From Anaerolineae bacterium (GTDB taxonomy: Bacteria > Chloroflexota > Anaerolineae > B4-G1 > SLSP01): a DNA stretch of 64,000 bases. The notes below the pieces were generated by a model. It searched no databases. It was not told the DNA's origin and worked only from the letters and a program-made list of their open reading frames with translations. The position numbers and the translations under genes are program-made. Below, one piece after another: positions 28,410-38,125 of the stretch (position 1 is its first letter; each line of letters opens with the position of its first letter). The DNA is taken from assembly GCA_049975385.1 (NCBI GenBank), contig JBNGDO010000001.1, forward strand, positions 2,600 to 66,599, in the 5' to 3' direction.

Positions 28410-29423
28410 CTAGTATTGCCGTCGTACGGCAAAGGCGGCGATCTCTTGCATAGCCTGGCGGTAGGGGGTGTCGGGGTAGGTCTCGAGCAGTGCTTGCGCT
28501 TCGGCGCTGCGCGTCTCAGCCTGCTGCATGGCCCACTCGGCGGCGTCAGATTGGCGCAGATCGGCAATCAGGGGTTCAATGATGTTTTCGTCACGCACTT
28601 GTGCGTTGTGCTTATACCCGGCAGTTGCGAGGATAGTGCGGATGCGCACATCATCGGGATGGCGATGGCAGTAGTGCAACACCGGCAAAGTGATGATACC
28701 CTGGCGCAGGTCGCCGCCTATTGGTTTGCCGAGTTTAGCTTCGTCTCCCATAAAATCGAGCACGTCGTCGACGATCTGGAAGGCTTCGCCGAGGAGTTTG
28801 CCGAACGTTTGCAACTTCTGTATATCAGCCTTGGGGCGGCATGCCAGCAGTGGGCCGCTTTCCGCAGCAAGGGCGAAGAGCGAGGCGGTTTTGGCGAAGA
28901 TGCGGTCGTAGTAGCTGGTTTCAGTGGGAAGTTGGTTGCGGTTAGCGAACATCTGGTTGAGTTCGCCGTTGCAGATGACGGCCAGCGTCTCGGAGAAGCG
29001 TTCCACCAGTTTGAGATTCTGGCTGCGCGTAGCCAGCTCCGCGGCCCAGGCGAAGGCCACATCGCCCGTAAGGACGGTCGCGGCGGCGCTCCAGTTCGCG
29101 TTTAGCGTTTGTTTGCCTCGACGCACCAACGCATTGTCGATCAGATCATCGTGGATCAGCGTGGCGGTGTGGAGCATTTCGACTGCGGCAGCGACGGGAA
29201 TGGCGTTTGTCGTGTCTACGTCAAATATGTGGGCCGACAACAATACCAACGCCGGGCGCAGGCGCTTGCCGCCGCCGTTGATGATGCTTGCCAGTGCCGG
29301 GGCGATAGGATCAGGAAGGCGTTGTTGGATTTCGAGCATGGTTGCGTGGACGGCCAGCAACTCATCCTGCAACATCATAGCGTATGGTAGTTCCTTTGAT
29401 TTCATTCGTTCTCGCGCTGGCAC
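28410..29423 (-). CDS. Polyprenyl diphosphate synthase (trans-isoprenyl diphosphate synthase family)
   Basis: First DDxxD motif LIHDDLIDNALVRRGKQT and second motif FQIVDDVLDF. Confidence 0.8.
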   Translation of the reverse strand: MPARERMKSKELPYAMMLQDELLAVHATMLEIQQRLPDPIAPALASIINGGGKRLRPALVLLSAHIFDVDTTNAIPVAAAVEMLHTATLIHDDLIDNALVRRGKQTLNANWSAAATVLTGDVAFAWAAELATRSQNLKLVERFSETLAVICNGELNQMFANRNQLPTETSYYDRIFAKTASLFALAAESGPLLACRPKADIQKLQTFGKLLGEAFQIVDDVLDFMGDEAKLGKPIGGDLRQGIITLPVLHYCHRHPDDVRIRTILATAGYKHNAQVRDENIIEPLIADLRQSDAAEWAMQQAETRSAEAQALLETYPDTPYRQAMQEIAAFAVRRQY

Positions 29424-29488
29424 TGGATTGTGCGCATATTATACCACAATCGTTGGCCGACTGAACGGATTAAGAAGATGTGAATCTG

Positions 29489-30322
29489 TCAATTCCCTGC
29501 CGGATACAGCCGAAAAAGGCGCTGGGCGTTGGCGGTTGTTGCCATAGCGATGGTCTCTACTGCGAGGTCCTTCAATGCAGCGATGCGCTCGGCGACGTAG
29601 GTGACGTAGGCCGGTTCGTTGCGCCGTCCGCGATAGGGATGTGGTGTGAGATAGGGCGCGTCCGTTTCCAGCAGCAGGCGATCCAGCGGCACTTGCCGGG
29701 CGACCTCGTGAAGGCCAGTGGCTTTCTTGAACGTTACCGGGCCATCCATGCCGATGTAGAGGTTCAGCGCCAGCGCTTCTGGCAGTAGCGCCTGCCCGGC
29801 GGCGTAGGCGTGGAGCGTTCCGCTGCGTTCGGGGTGATCGCGCACCCACTCGCGGAGCATATCCAGGATGTCGGCGTGCGCGTCCCGATCGTGGAGAATA
29901 ACCGGCAGCGACAGTTCGGCAGCCAGCGTCAACTGCGCTTCGAGGGCGGCGCGCTGCCGTGCCGGTTCGGCACAGGGCCAGCCCCGGTCGGGGATGTTGG
30001 GCCAGTAGTAGTCGAGACCAATCTCGCCGATGGCGACGACGCTGGGATGGGCAGCGAGTTCGCGCAGTTCAGCCAGCGTCGCGGGCGTGAGACTGTCCGC
30101 CTCTGTCGGGTGGACGCCGACGGCTGCATAGAGCGCGCACGGGGCGGCGTGGCGTTCCGCCAGCGCGACGGCGGCGCGGCTGTCCTCAAGTGTGCTGCCC
30201 GGCACGATGGCAGCGGTCACACCGCACTCGGCGGCGTGCGCCAGCGTCGCGTCCAGGTCGTCCGCAAAACGAGCGTGTTGCAGATGCGCGTGCGTGTCGA
30301 TGAGCATAGGGGCATTATACAC
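29489..30322 (-). CDS. TatD-family metal-dependent hydrolase/DNase
   Basis: The N-terminal LIDTHAHL and the later H..D metal ligands match the TatD TIM-barrel. Length is 277 aa. Confidence 0.8.
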   Translation of the reverse strand: MYNAPMLIDTHAHLQHARFADDLDATLAHAAECGVTAAIVPGSTLEDSRAAVALAERHAAPCALYAAVGVHPTEADSLTPATLAELRELAAHPSVVAIGEIGLDYYWPNIPDRGWPCAEPARQRAALEAQLTLAAELSLPVILHDRDAHADILDMLREWVRDHPERSGTLHAYAAGQALLPEALALNLYIGMDGPVTFKKATGLHEVARQVPLDRLLLETDAPYLTPHPYRGRRNEPAYVTYVAERIAALKDLAVETIAMATTANAQRLFRLYPAGN

Positions 30323-30547
30323 GTCAAGGGGCAGACTACAAAAGTCTCAGCGGATATCCATTCTTTGTGCACTCTCGCGCAACGCACGGGTTTGTTCAAC
30401 CAGACAGATCGTGAGATTTTTGTAGTCTCAGGTGTTTTCGACGATTTATCTACGTACCGCTTATGAAATTCTAATACGACTGTGTTATAATCCTGAAGCT
30501 GAAGATGTACATGATACTGAACTGACCGGATAACCGCGGACTAGACC

Positions 30548-33256
30548 TTGTTAAATCCGTTGGATCCGTGGAGTGATTTTACGGAGGACAATATGTTACC
30601 CTGGTTTAACACACAGGAACAAAATATCGATGACTTGATCCGGCGTATTCCGGAAGTGTTGCCGATTCTTCCATTGCGGAACACTGTAGCTTTTCCTTAT
30701 ATTGTGATGCCGCTCGCGGTAGGGATACCGCGCTCAGTACGATTGATCGAAGATGTGGATCGTGGTGATCGCGTGGTTGGCCTGGTGGCGATGAAGGACC
30801 CATCTGTGGAAGTGCCTTCGACCACGCAGGTGTACCAGGTGGGGACGGCGGCAATCATCCACCGCGTCATGCGTTCCGACGATGGCACGCTGACGGTCTT
30901 CATCCAGGGCCTCGAACGGTTCCGTGTGGTTGAGTGGACCACGGAAGAGCCATATCTCCAAGCGCGCATTCGCTTGACGCCCGACATTGTCGAAGGTTCG
31001 GTGATCGAAGAGGCGCTGCGTCGCAGCCTTTTGGATGTTGCCACGCGTCTGGCCGAACTGATTCCACAGTTCCCCGATGAGGCCGTGCGCTTTATCCAGC
31101 AATTGGAAGACCCGCGCTTGCTCGTCTATTTGTTGGCATCGAACATGCGCATCGATATGTCAGAGGCGCAGCGCCTCCTTGAGGTGGATCGCCTGACGCA
31201 CAAGATGGAGCACTTGGTCAAGGTTTTGACGCACGAGTTGGAAGTGCGCGAAATCGGCCAGCAAATCCAGGAGAAGGCCAAAGAGGAGATCGAGAAGACG
31301 CAGAGGGAGTATTATCTCCGCCAGCAGATGGACGCGATCCGCAAGGAATTAGGCGAAGGCGACGACGGACGCCGCGAGGTGGAGGAGTACCGGCAAAAGA
31401 TCGAAGAATCCGGGATGACAGACGAGGCGAAAGAGGAGGCCGAGCGCGAGTTAGCGCGCCTCGAAAAGATGCCGCCGCAGGCCGCCGAGTATTGGGTCAT
31501 CAAGACGTACCTCGATTGGCTGGTCGCCTTGCCGTGGAAGGCGCTGACCGAAGATCACCTGGACATTTCCGACGCGCGCGCGGTGCTTGACGAAGATCAC
31601 TACGACCTTGAGGACGTCAAGGAGCGCATCTTGGAATTCCTGGCCGTGCGCAAGCTGCGCCAAGAACGCGGTTTGGATGATGACGACTCTGACTTGCAAG
31701 GGCGCAAAGTCGAAGGCTCCGGCGCGATCCTGTCCTTGGTGGGGCCGCCCGGTGTGGGCAAGACTTCGCTGGGGCAATCCATTGCGCGGGCATTAGGACG
31801 TAAGTTCACGCGTATGAGCCTGGGTGGGATGCGGGACGAGGCTGAAATCCGCGGGCACCGTCGCACGTACATTGGCGCGATGCCCGGGCGCATCATGCAG
31901 GCGATCAAACGCGCGGGCGTCAAAAACCCGGTCTTTATGCTCGATGAGGTTGACAAAATCGGCTCGGACTGGCGTGGGGACCCGTCTTCGGCGTTGCTCG
32001 AAGTGCTCGACCCACAGCAAAACCATGCCTTCCGCGATCACTATCTCGACGTGGACTTTGACCTGAGCCAGGTGCTCTTTATCTGCACCGGGAACACGGT
32101 CGCGACGATTCCGGCCCCGCTTTTGGATCGGATGGAGACGATTGAGATCGACGGTTACACGGAATACGACAAGCTGCACATCGCGGAGCAATACCTTGTG
32201 CCGCGCCAGCTTAGGGTGAACGGCTTGCTGCCGGATGAGATCATCTTTGGTGAACCGGCGCTTCGCGCCATCATCCGTGACTTCACACGGGAGGCTGGCG
32301 TGCGCCAGTTGGAGCGCGAGATCGGCAAGGTCTGCCGCAAGGTGGCGACGCAAGTGGCCGAGATGGAAGAGGAACAGTCGGCAGAGGTGGGGGAAGAGGA
32401 GGTTGAAGTGGTCGCTGATACAGCCCCTGGGGCGGTCACCGAAGCCGTCGAGGCTGTTGTTGCAGATGCAAGTGTCCAGACTGAAATGGAAGTCTCTGAA
32501 ACTGAGGCCTCGGATGCGACAGAAACTACTGACGCTTCCGAACCGGTAGAGCCGATTGAGATCACGCCGGAGAAAGTGCGCGAATACCTGGGCAAGCCGC
32601 GTTATCGCTTCGAGGCTGCGCTGCGGACCGAGCGCCCCGGTGTGGCGACGGGTCTGGCGTGGACGCCGACCGGTGGCGAGGTGCTCTTCGTTGAGGCGGC
32701 GACGATGCCTGGTCAGGACGGCAATCTGATCCTCACGGGGCATCTGGGCGATGTGATGCGCGAATCGGCGCGTATCGCCTTGAGTTATGTCGAATCACAC
32801 GTCAAGGACCTGGGATTGGACGATGAGTCTTGCAAAGGCAAAATTCACTTGCACGTCCCAGCCGGGGCCGTGCCCAAAGATGGCCCTTCGGCGGGCATCA
32901 CGATGGTCACGGCACTGGTCTCCTTGCTCACCAGTCGCCCAGTTTCTTCCGATCTCGGTATGACGGGCGAGGTGACGTTGCAAGGCCAGGTGCTTCCCAT
33001 CGGCGGCTTGAAGCTGAAGGTGCTGGCTGCGCATCGTGCAGGGCTGAAGCGTGTCCTTGTGCCCAAGTTGAACGATGTGGACCTGGATGAACTGCCGGAC
33101 AAAATCCGGGATGAGATGGAGTTTGTCCTGGTGGAGGATGTGAACGAGGTGTTGGAACACGCGCTGACGCCCAAAGAGCCGGAGTCAGAATCAGAGGCCA
33201 CACCTGAGACCGAAGCCGCTGAACCTGAGACTCCGCCAGAGTCGGGTGCAGCGTAG
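30548..33256 (+). CDS. lon: ATP-dependent Lon protease (LonA type) with acidic insertion and acidic C-tail
   Basis: LON N-domain LPILPLRNTVAFPYIV, Walker A GPPGVGKTSLGQSIA, GAMPGRIMQAIK..PVFMLDEVDK, and catalytic Ser in DGPSAGITMVTALVSLLT with K in GGLKLKVLAAHRAG. A ~70-aa Glu/Asp/Thr-rich insertion lies at nt 32340..32560. Confidence 0.9.
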   Translation: MLNPLDPWSDFTEDNMLPWFNTQEQNIDDLIRRIPEVLPILPLRNTVAFPYIVMPLAVGIPRSVRLIEDVDRGDRVVGLVAMKDPSVEVPSTTQVYQVGTAAIIHRVMRSDDGTLTVFIQGLERFRVVEWTTEEPYLQARIRLTPDIVEGSVIEEALRRSLLDVATRLAELIPQFPDEAVRFIQQLEDPRLLVYLLASNMRIDMSEAQRLLEVDRLTHKMEHLVKVLTHELEVREIGQQIQEKAKEEIEKTQREYYLRQQMDAIRKELGEGDDGRREVEEYRQKIEESGMTDEAKEEAERELARLEKMPPQAAEYWVIKTYLDWLVALPWKALTEDHLDISDARAVLDEDHYDLEDVKERILEFLAVRKLRQERGLDDDDSDLQGRKVEGSGAILSLVGPPGVGKTSLGQSIARALGRKFTRMSLGGMRDEAEIRGHRRTYIGAMPGRIMQAIKRAGVKNPVFMLDEVDKIGSDWRGDPSSALLEVLDPQQNHAFRDHYLDVDFDLSQVLFICTGNTVATIPAPLLDRMETIEIDGYTEYDKLHIAEQYLVPRQLRVNGLLPDEIIFGEPALRAIIRDFTREAGVRQLEREIGKVCRKVATQVAEMEEEQSAEVGEEEVEVVADTAPGAVTEAVEAVVADASVQTEMEVSETEASDATETTDASEPVEPIEITPEKVREYLGKPRYRFEAALRTERPGVATGLAWTPTGGEVLFVEAATMPGQDGNLILTGHLGDVMRESARIALSYVESHVKDLGLDDESCKGKIHLHVPAGAVPKDGPSAGITMVTALVSLLTSRPVSSDLGMTGEVTLQGQVLPIGGLKLKVLAAHRAGLKRVLVPKLNDVDLDELPDKIRDEMEFVLVEDVNEVLEHALTPKEPESESEATPETEAAEPETPPESGAA

Positions 33257-33287
33257 ACAGACCTTCCAATGCTAAAATAGCAAAATG

Positions 33288-33325
33288 ACGCCGCTACTTC
33301 GCGCGAAGTAGCGGCGTTTTGTTGT
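33288..33325 (+). terminator. Rho-independent terminator after lon
   Basis: A 30-nt perfect palindrome acgccgctacttcgc/gcgaagtagcggcgt followed by TTTGTTGT. Confidence 0.8.
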
Positions 33326-33374
33326 CACGCAGAGTGCAATATGCCACTTTTGCTTTCGTCTGTCTGACGCTATA

Positions 33375-34184
33375 ATGCCTGCTATGACACTCGATACTCC
33401 TGTTGCCGCGTTTGCCGATCGACTCATCGTCGGAGATGCTCTCGATGTACTACCGCGGATTCCATCGGCAAGCGTGCATCTCGTGTGTACCGATCCCCCA
33501 TACAATCTCGGCAAGGACTACGGCGCGATGGTGGACATAAAAGCGTGGGATGCGTACGAACAGTTTACGCGTACGTGGCTGGCGGAGTGTCACCGCATTC
33601 TGCGCGACGACGGAAGCCTTTATGTTTTTATGGGTGTGCGCTTTATCGCCCGGCTGTATCTTATCCTGGAGGAGATGGGGTTCCTTTTCAACGGCTGGAT
33701 CACCTGGCACTACACGCAGGGGACTGGGCGGACGATAGGCTTTTCGCCTCGGCACGAGGACATCTTGTACTTCACGAAGAGCGCCGACTACACGTTCAAC
33801 CTCGACGCGGTACGGATTCCGCAGAAGTACTACCGCGAGCGGAACAACATGCGTGGCGCGAATCCCGGCGATGTGTGGGCGTTCTCGCACGTGCATTACA
33901 GTAACCCAGAACGCGAAGATCACCCCACGCAGAAACCGGAGGCGTTGATCGAGCGTATTGTACGCGCCAGCTCGAATGAAAACGACATCGTGCTCGATCC
34001 GTTTGTGGGCAGCGGGACGACCGCGCGTGTGGCGCAAGCGCTCAACCGGCGCTATATCGGCATCGACGTTACGCCGGAGTACATCGCGATGGCAAAGCGT
34101 CGCCTGGCGCGTCCTTTCGCGGGCTTCGACTCCGTTGATCCCCGCGCGCATCGAAAGTCGCAGGATATGCCGAATGGCTCGTAG
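33375..34184 (+). CDS. DNA methyltransferase, beta-class N4-cytosine/N6-adenine type (N6_N4_Mtase family); no adjacent restriction endonuclease
   Basis: Motif IV DPPY (VCTDPPYNLGKDYG) precedes motif I FVGSGTT (LDPFVGSGTTARVA), which is the beta-class order. Length is 269 aa. Confidence 0.8.
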   Translation: MPAMTLDTPVAAFADRLIVGDALDVLPRIPSASVHLVCTDPPYNLGKDYGAMVDIKAWDAYEQFTRTWLAECHRILRDDGSLYVFMGVRFIARLYLILEEMGFLFNGWITWHYTQGTGRTIGFSPRHEDILYFTKSADYTFNLDAVRIPQKYYRERNNMRGANPGDVWAFSHVHYSNPEREDHPTQKPEALIERIVRASSNENDIVLDPFVGSGTTARVAQALNRRYIGIDVTPEYIAMAKRRLARPFAGFDSVDPRAHRKSQDMPNGS

Positions 34185-34270
34185 ACATTTAACCACGAAT
34201 CTACACAAATTCTTGCTTTTGATTCGTGAAAATTTGTGTAGATTCGTGGTCTATCTTTTTTGAGGTGTAA

Positions 34271-35239
34271 ATGGACGAAATTATTGTATTGACGGAAGGG
34301 TCAGACCTGGAAATCGATTATCTGGCCGACTTTCAGCAGCACAAGAAAGTGCGGCAGAATCTTTTTTACACGCTGGAGGGCGCAGAAACCTTCTACACCT
34401 ATCGTGGCGAGGAGTTACAGGAGATCCGCTCCGACGACGAATACGCTTTCTTCGCCAGACAACCGTTTTGGACGGCGGCTCGCCACCTCGCTTTTGCGAG
34501 TCTGGGATGCGGCAATGCCGGTCCAGAGAAGCCGCTACTGCACGCAGCGTACGCCGAGGGACGAGCTGTGACCTACTTCGGCGTCGATTCCTCACGGGCG
34601 ATGTTGGATTTGGCGCAGCAGAATCTTGCCGATGAGCTTTTCCCCAGGAAATTCGTCCTGGCGGATTTTGTGCGGCCCGATTTTGTGCAACAGTGGCGCC
34701 CGCATCTGGCTGGATTCGATGCGCAGCTTTATGTGTTACTTGGTGGCACGTTCGGCAACTTCGAGCAGGATGTCATCGCCGAGGTAGTGGCACGCATCGT
34801 CCCCGGTGGCCAGTATCTGTACCTGGACGTCGTCCCGCAATACGAGACGGAGGCCCAGAACGCGCAACTGCGCAACCGGTTGATCCATCTTTCCCAGAAC
34901 CTCAGCCGGTTTTTTGAGAATCTGCTGGAAAAGCTTGGTCTCGACCAGACGTGCGGCGAGTTGGTCACTGAAGAGGTCGATGAAGCGGCGACCGGCGCTT
35001 TGCGCTACGTCGTGCAGTTCCATATCCACGAGGCGCTTGATTTCCCTTGTTTTGGTGGTGTTGTTCACCTCATGCCCGGCGAGTCCATCGAACTGATGAA
35101 CGTCCGCGCGTACAAGCCCACCGCCTTGCAGCGGTTTTTAGCGCAGTGGGGCTTTCGCTATATCGACACCTACACCCCGGACGTAGGCCACCTGGCGCAT
35201 TTGTGGCAGCGGTTCTTGTTCCAGAAGCTGGAAGCTTGA
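34271..35239 (+). CDS. EgtD-like (Methyltransf_33 family) SAM-dependent methyltransferase
   Basis: LFYTLEGAETFY, LGCGNAGPEKPLL, YFGVDSSRAMLDLA and VLLGGTFGNF follow the EgtD pattern (FYD..GS.LFE.I / ELGSG..KT..LL / DIS...L / FLGS.IGNF). No egtB/egtC-like neighbours. Confidence 0.55.
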   Translation: MDEIIVLTEGSDLEIDYLADFQQHKKVRQNLFYTLEGAETFYTYRGEELQEIRSDDEYAFFARQPFWTAARHLAFASLGCGNAGPEKPLLHAAYAEGRAVTYFGVDSSRAMLDLAQQNLADELFPRKFVLADFVRPDFVQQWRPHLAGFDAQLYVLLGGTFGNFEQDVIAEVVARIVPGGQYLYLDVVPQYETEAQNAQLRNRLIHLSQNLSRFFENLLEKLGLDQTCGELVTEEVDEAATGALRYVVQFHIHEALDFPCFGGVVHLMPGESIELMNVRAYKPTALQRFLAQWGFRYIDTYTPDVGHLAHLWQRFLFQKLEA

Positions 35240-35299
35240 TACTGGATGCTGGTTCTTAATTCGCTCATTCGCTCATTCTCTATGCGCTGACTCACGCCT

Positions 35300-36451
35300 A
35301 TGACATTCAATTTCCGCTTCTTCGTGAAAGTGTTTGTGACGGTGCTGTTCCGGTCAAAGGCGCCCACTGCCTGGATCTGGCTGCGGCGCGTGGTGGTGTT
35401 GCTGGCTGCCTACGCACTGTTTATCGTTGTGGAGATCGGCAACTGGACCGGATTTTTCCTCGATAACCTTCTTTTTCCCGATCACCGGACGCAGCCTATC
35501 GACGAACCCGTCTTCATCATCGGCAACCCGCGCAGCGGCACGACCTTTCTGCAACGTCTGTTGGCGCGGGATACCGCCAACTTCTCGTGCCTCAAGATGT
35601 GGGAGATTTTCTTCGCGCCGTCGATCACGCAGCGGAAAATCGTCTGGACATTGGGCGCGGTGGATCGCTGGGTGGGTGCCCCGATTAAGCATATCGTCGA
35701 TCGGATAGAAGCGCGCATCCGTGCGTCTACGAAGTTGCACCGGGTAGGCCTGCGCGCACCGGAAGAGGATGAATATCTGCTACTTCACACGGCGTCCACA
35801 ATCGTCGTTGGCTTGCTGTTTGCTGTGCCGGAATTGGCCGCGCCCTACGTTTTCTTCGACCGTGATATTCCGCCGGAGGAGCAAACTCGCGTGATGGCGT
35901 TCTACGCGGCATGCATCCGGCGTCATCTCTATGCGCACAAAGCGCAGGTTCACTTTCTGTCCAAGAATCCGTATTTCACACCAAAGGTAGAAGCGTTACG
36001 CGCATCCTTCCCCGATGCGCATTTCATCGTGCTGGCGCGCAACCCATTGAACGCGATCCCGTCGTATGCGAGTTTGTCGCAGTACGTGTCGCATATCCTG
36101 TACACCAGGAATATACTCTCGGACCACAACTATGTTATCACGGCGACGCAACATTGGTATCGCTATCCGGCAGCGTGTTTGTCCGGCGTATCGGACAGCT
36201 TTATCGAGGTGAAATTCGAGGATATGGTGCACGACCCACGGGCAACGGTGAAAGCGATCTACCAGCACCTTGGTTTTGAGATCAGCCCGGCATTCGATAC
36301 GATTTTGCAACAGGAAACCGAACGAGCACGGACTTACAAGAGCGAACACGAATATTCCCTCGAAAAGATGGGCTTCACCCGCGAGGAAATCTTGACCACA
36401 TACAGCGACATCTTCGAGAAATGGGGGTATGAAAAGAATCATGAATCATGA
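35300..36451 (+). CDS. Membrane-anchored sulfotransferase
   Basis: The N-terminal TM segment is followed by the 5'-PSB motif IIGNPRSGTTFLQRLL and the 3'-PB-like region FIVLARNPLNAIPS. The last codons and the stop are supplied by the heptamer repeat. Confidence 0.65.
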   Translation: MTFNFRFFVKVFVTVLFRSKAPTAWIWLRRVVVLLAAYALFIVVEIGNWTGFFLDNLLFPDHRTQPIDEPVFIIGNPRSGTTFLQRLLARDTANFSCLKMWEIFFAPSITQRKIVWTLGAVDRWVGAPIKHIVDRIEARIRASTKLHRVGLRAPEEDEYLLLHTASTIVVGLLFAVPELAAPYVFFDRDIPPEEQTRVMAFYAACIRRHLYAHKAQVHFLSKNPYFTPKVEALRASFPDAHFIVLARNPLNAIPSYASLSQYVSHILYTRNILSDHNYVITATQHWYRYPAACLSGVSDSFIEVKFEDMVHDPRATVKAIYQHLGFEISPAFDTILQQETERARTYKSEHEYSLEKMGFTREEILTTYSDIFEKWGYEKNHES

Positions 36452-36476
36452 TTCACACATCACGTTTCACGAATCA
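36436..36476. repeat. Heptanucleotide tandem repeat (GAATCAT/TCACNNA) spanning the sulfotransferase stop and the GH4 RBS
   Basis: Reads gaatcatgaatcatgattcacacatcacgtttcacgaatcag. The AATCATG variant supplies the sulfotransferase TGA stop. Confidence 0.85.
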
Positions 36477-36487
36477 GGAGGATCTCT

Positions 36488-37888
36488 ATGATCAAAGTAG
36501 CAGTTATTGGAGCAGGAAGTCTCACTTTTACACGGCGGTTGATGATGGACATTCTGGCCGTTCCGGAACTGCGCGATACCGAGTTCCGCTTCATGGATAT
36601 CAACCCGACGTATCTGGAGATGGTCACGAACGTTTGTCGGAAAATGATGACGGATGCAGACATCCGCGCCGATAGCGGCGTCCCCACCACAATTGTACCC
36701 ACGCTCGACCAGCGCGAAGCGATTGCGAGCGCGGATTACGTCTTTTGTCTGGCGCGGGTGGGCGGCCTGGAAGCGTTCCGTCACGACATCGAAATCCCGC
36801 TGAAGTACGGCGTGGATCAGTGCGTAGGCGACACGTTGGGGCCGGGCGGCATCTTCTACGCGCTGCGCAGCATCCCCGTGCTGCTCGACATCGCCAAAGA
36901 CATGCGCGAGGTCGCGCCGGGCGCGCTGCTGCTCAACTATTCCAATCCCATGGCGATGAACACCTGGGCCGTGCGTCGCGCGGGCGGTGTGCCGATTGTT
37001 GGATTGTGTCACGGCGTCCACGGCGGACATTACCAGATTGCGCAAGTGCTGGACCTGCCGCAAGACGAAGTGGACTTCATCTGCGCGGGGATCAATCACC
37101 AGACGTGGTACATCCAGGTGACGCACAAGGGCAAGGATATGACGCCCTATCTGCTCGAAGCCTTCGAGAAGCATCCCCGGTATTCGCAGACCGAGAAAGT
37201 GCGCATCGACGTGCTGCGGCGCTTCGGCTACTACTCGACGGAGTCTAACGGCCATTTGAGCGAGTATGTGCCGTGGTATCGCAAGCGGCCTGACGAGATC
37301 AAGGACTGGATCTCGCTGGACAGTTGGATCAACGGCGAAACCGGCGGCTATCTGCGGGAGACGACCGAGAAACGCGAAGAATACGAAGAGCTGTACCCCA
37401 AGTACATGAGCGGCGAAGTGGACATGATCCCCCTCGGTGACCGCAGCAGCGAACACGGATCGTACATCATCGAGTCGCTGGAGACCGGGCGGCTGTATCG
37501 CGGGCACTTCAATGTGGCGAATACGGGCCTCATCACCAATCTGCCCGACGGCTGCACCGTCGAGTTGCCCTGCTACGTGGACGGCAACGGCATCAGCCCG
37601 GCGTGGGTGGGCGATTTGCCGATGGCGTGCGCGGCGACGTGCCGCGTCAGCGTCAATGTGCAGGAGATGGCGGTCGAGGCGGCGTTGACGGGCAACCGCG
37701 AACTGGTCAAGCTTGCCGTGCTCCACGACCCGCTGACCGGCGCCGTCTGCAACCCGCCGGAAGTCTGGGCGATGTGCGACGAAATGTTCGACGCCCTGGC
37801 CCCGTGGCTGCCGCAGTTCAACGGTGAAGGACGCACGTGGCCCGACATCCCACAGCCCAACGGCGGCATCTTGCGATTCCCAAAATAA
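36488..37888 (+). CDS. Glycoside hydrolase family 4 (NAD+/Mn2+-dependent alpha-glucosidase/alpha-galactosidase-like)
   Basis: The Rossmann motif KVAVIGAGS, NYSNP, and the Cys-His metal site (GLCHGV) are GH4 hallmarks. The RBS is aggagg. Confidence 0.8.
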   Translation: MIKVAVIGAGSLTFTRRLMMDILAVPELRDTEFRFMDINPTYLEMVTNVCRKMMTDADIRADSGVPTTIVPTLDQREAIASADYVFCLARVGGLEAFRHDIEIPLKYGVDQCVGDTLGPGGIFYALRSIPVLLDIAKDMREVAPGALLLNYSNPMAMNTWAVRRAGGVPIVGLCHGVHGGHYQIAQVLDLPQDEVDFICAGINHQTWYIQVTHKGKDMTPYLLEAFEKHPRYSQTEKVRIDVLRRFGYYSTESNGHLSEYVPWYRKRPDEIKDWISLDSWINGETGGYLRETTEKREEYEELYPKYMSGEVDMIPLGDRSSEHGSYIIESLETGRLYRGHFNVANTGLITNLPDGCTVELPCYVDGNGISPAWVGDLPMACAATCRVSVNVQEMAVEAALTGNRELVKLAVLHDPLTGAVCNPPEVWAMCDEMFDALAPWLPQFNGEGRTWPDIPQPNGGILRFPK

Positions 37889-37889
37889 A

Positions 37890-37953
37890 GTAGACGGTAG
37901 ACAGTAGACGGTAGACGGGGGGGAGTATCCCTGTCTACCGTCTACTGTTTTCT
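37890..37953 (+). terminator. Terminator hairpin built from GTAGACG heptamer repeats
   Basis: gtagacggtagacagtagacggtagacggggggg pairs with ccctgtctaccgtctactg (19-bp stem, one mismatch) and is followed by TTTTCT. Confidence 0.75.
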
Positions 37954-38040
37954 GTCTACCGGTATGCCGTTTAACTTTCAAAGACGGGTATAACTTCAGT
38001 GCAATCTCTTTGCCCTCCTTGCTATACTGTGAAAGCAGGT

Positions 38041-38108
38041 GGGATCAGGGATTAGGGAGCGGGTTGCAGTTGCTTTCCCAATCCCCAGTCCCTAATTCCC
38101 AGTTACCC
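38041..38108. repeat. Palindromic modular repeat element in the 5' leader of the fused oxidoreductase gene
   Basis: gggatcagggattagggagcggg ... cccaatccccagtccctaattcccagttaccc, downstream of a tatact -10-like box. Confidence 0.8.
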
Positions 38109-38125
38109 TTTCAAGAGGAGCACGT

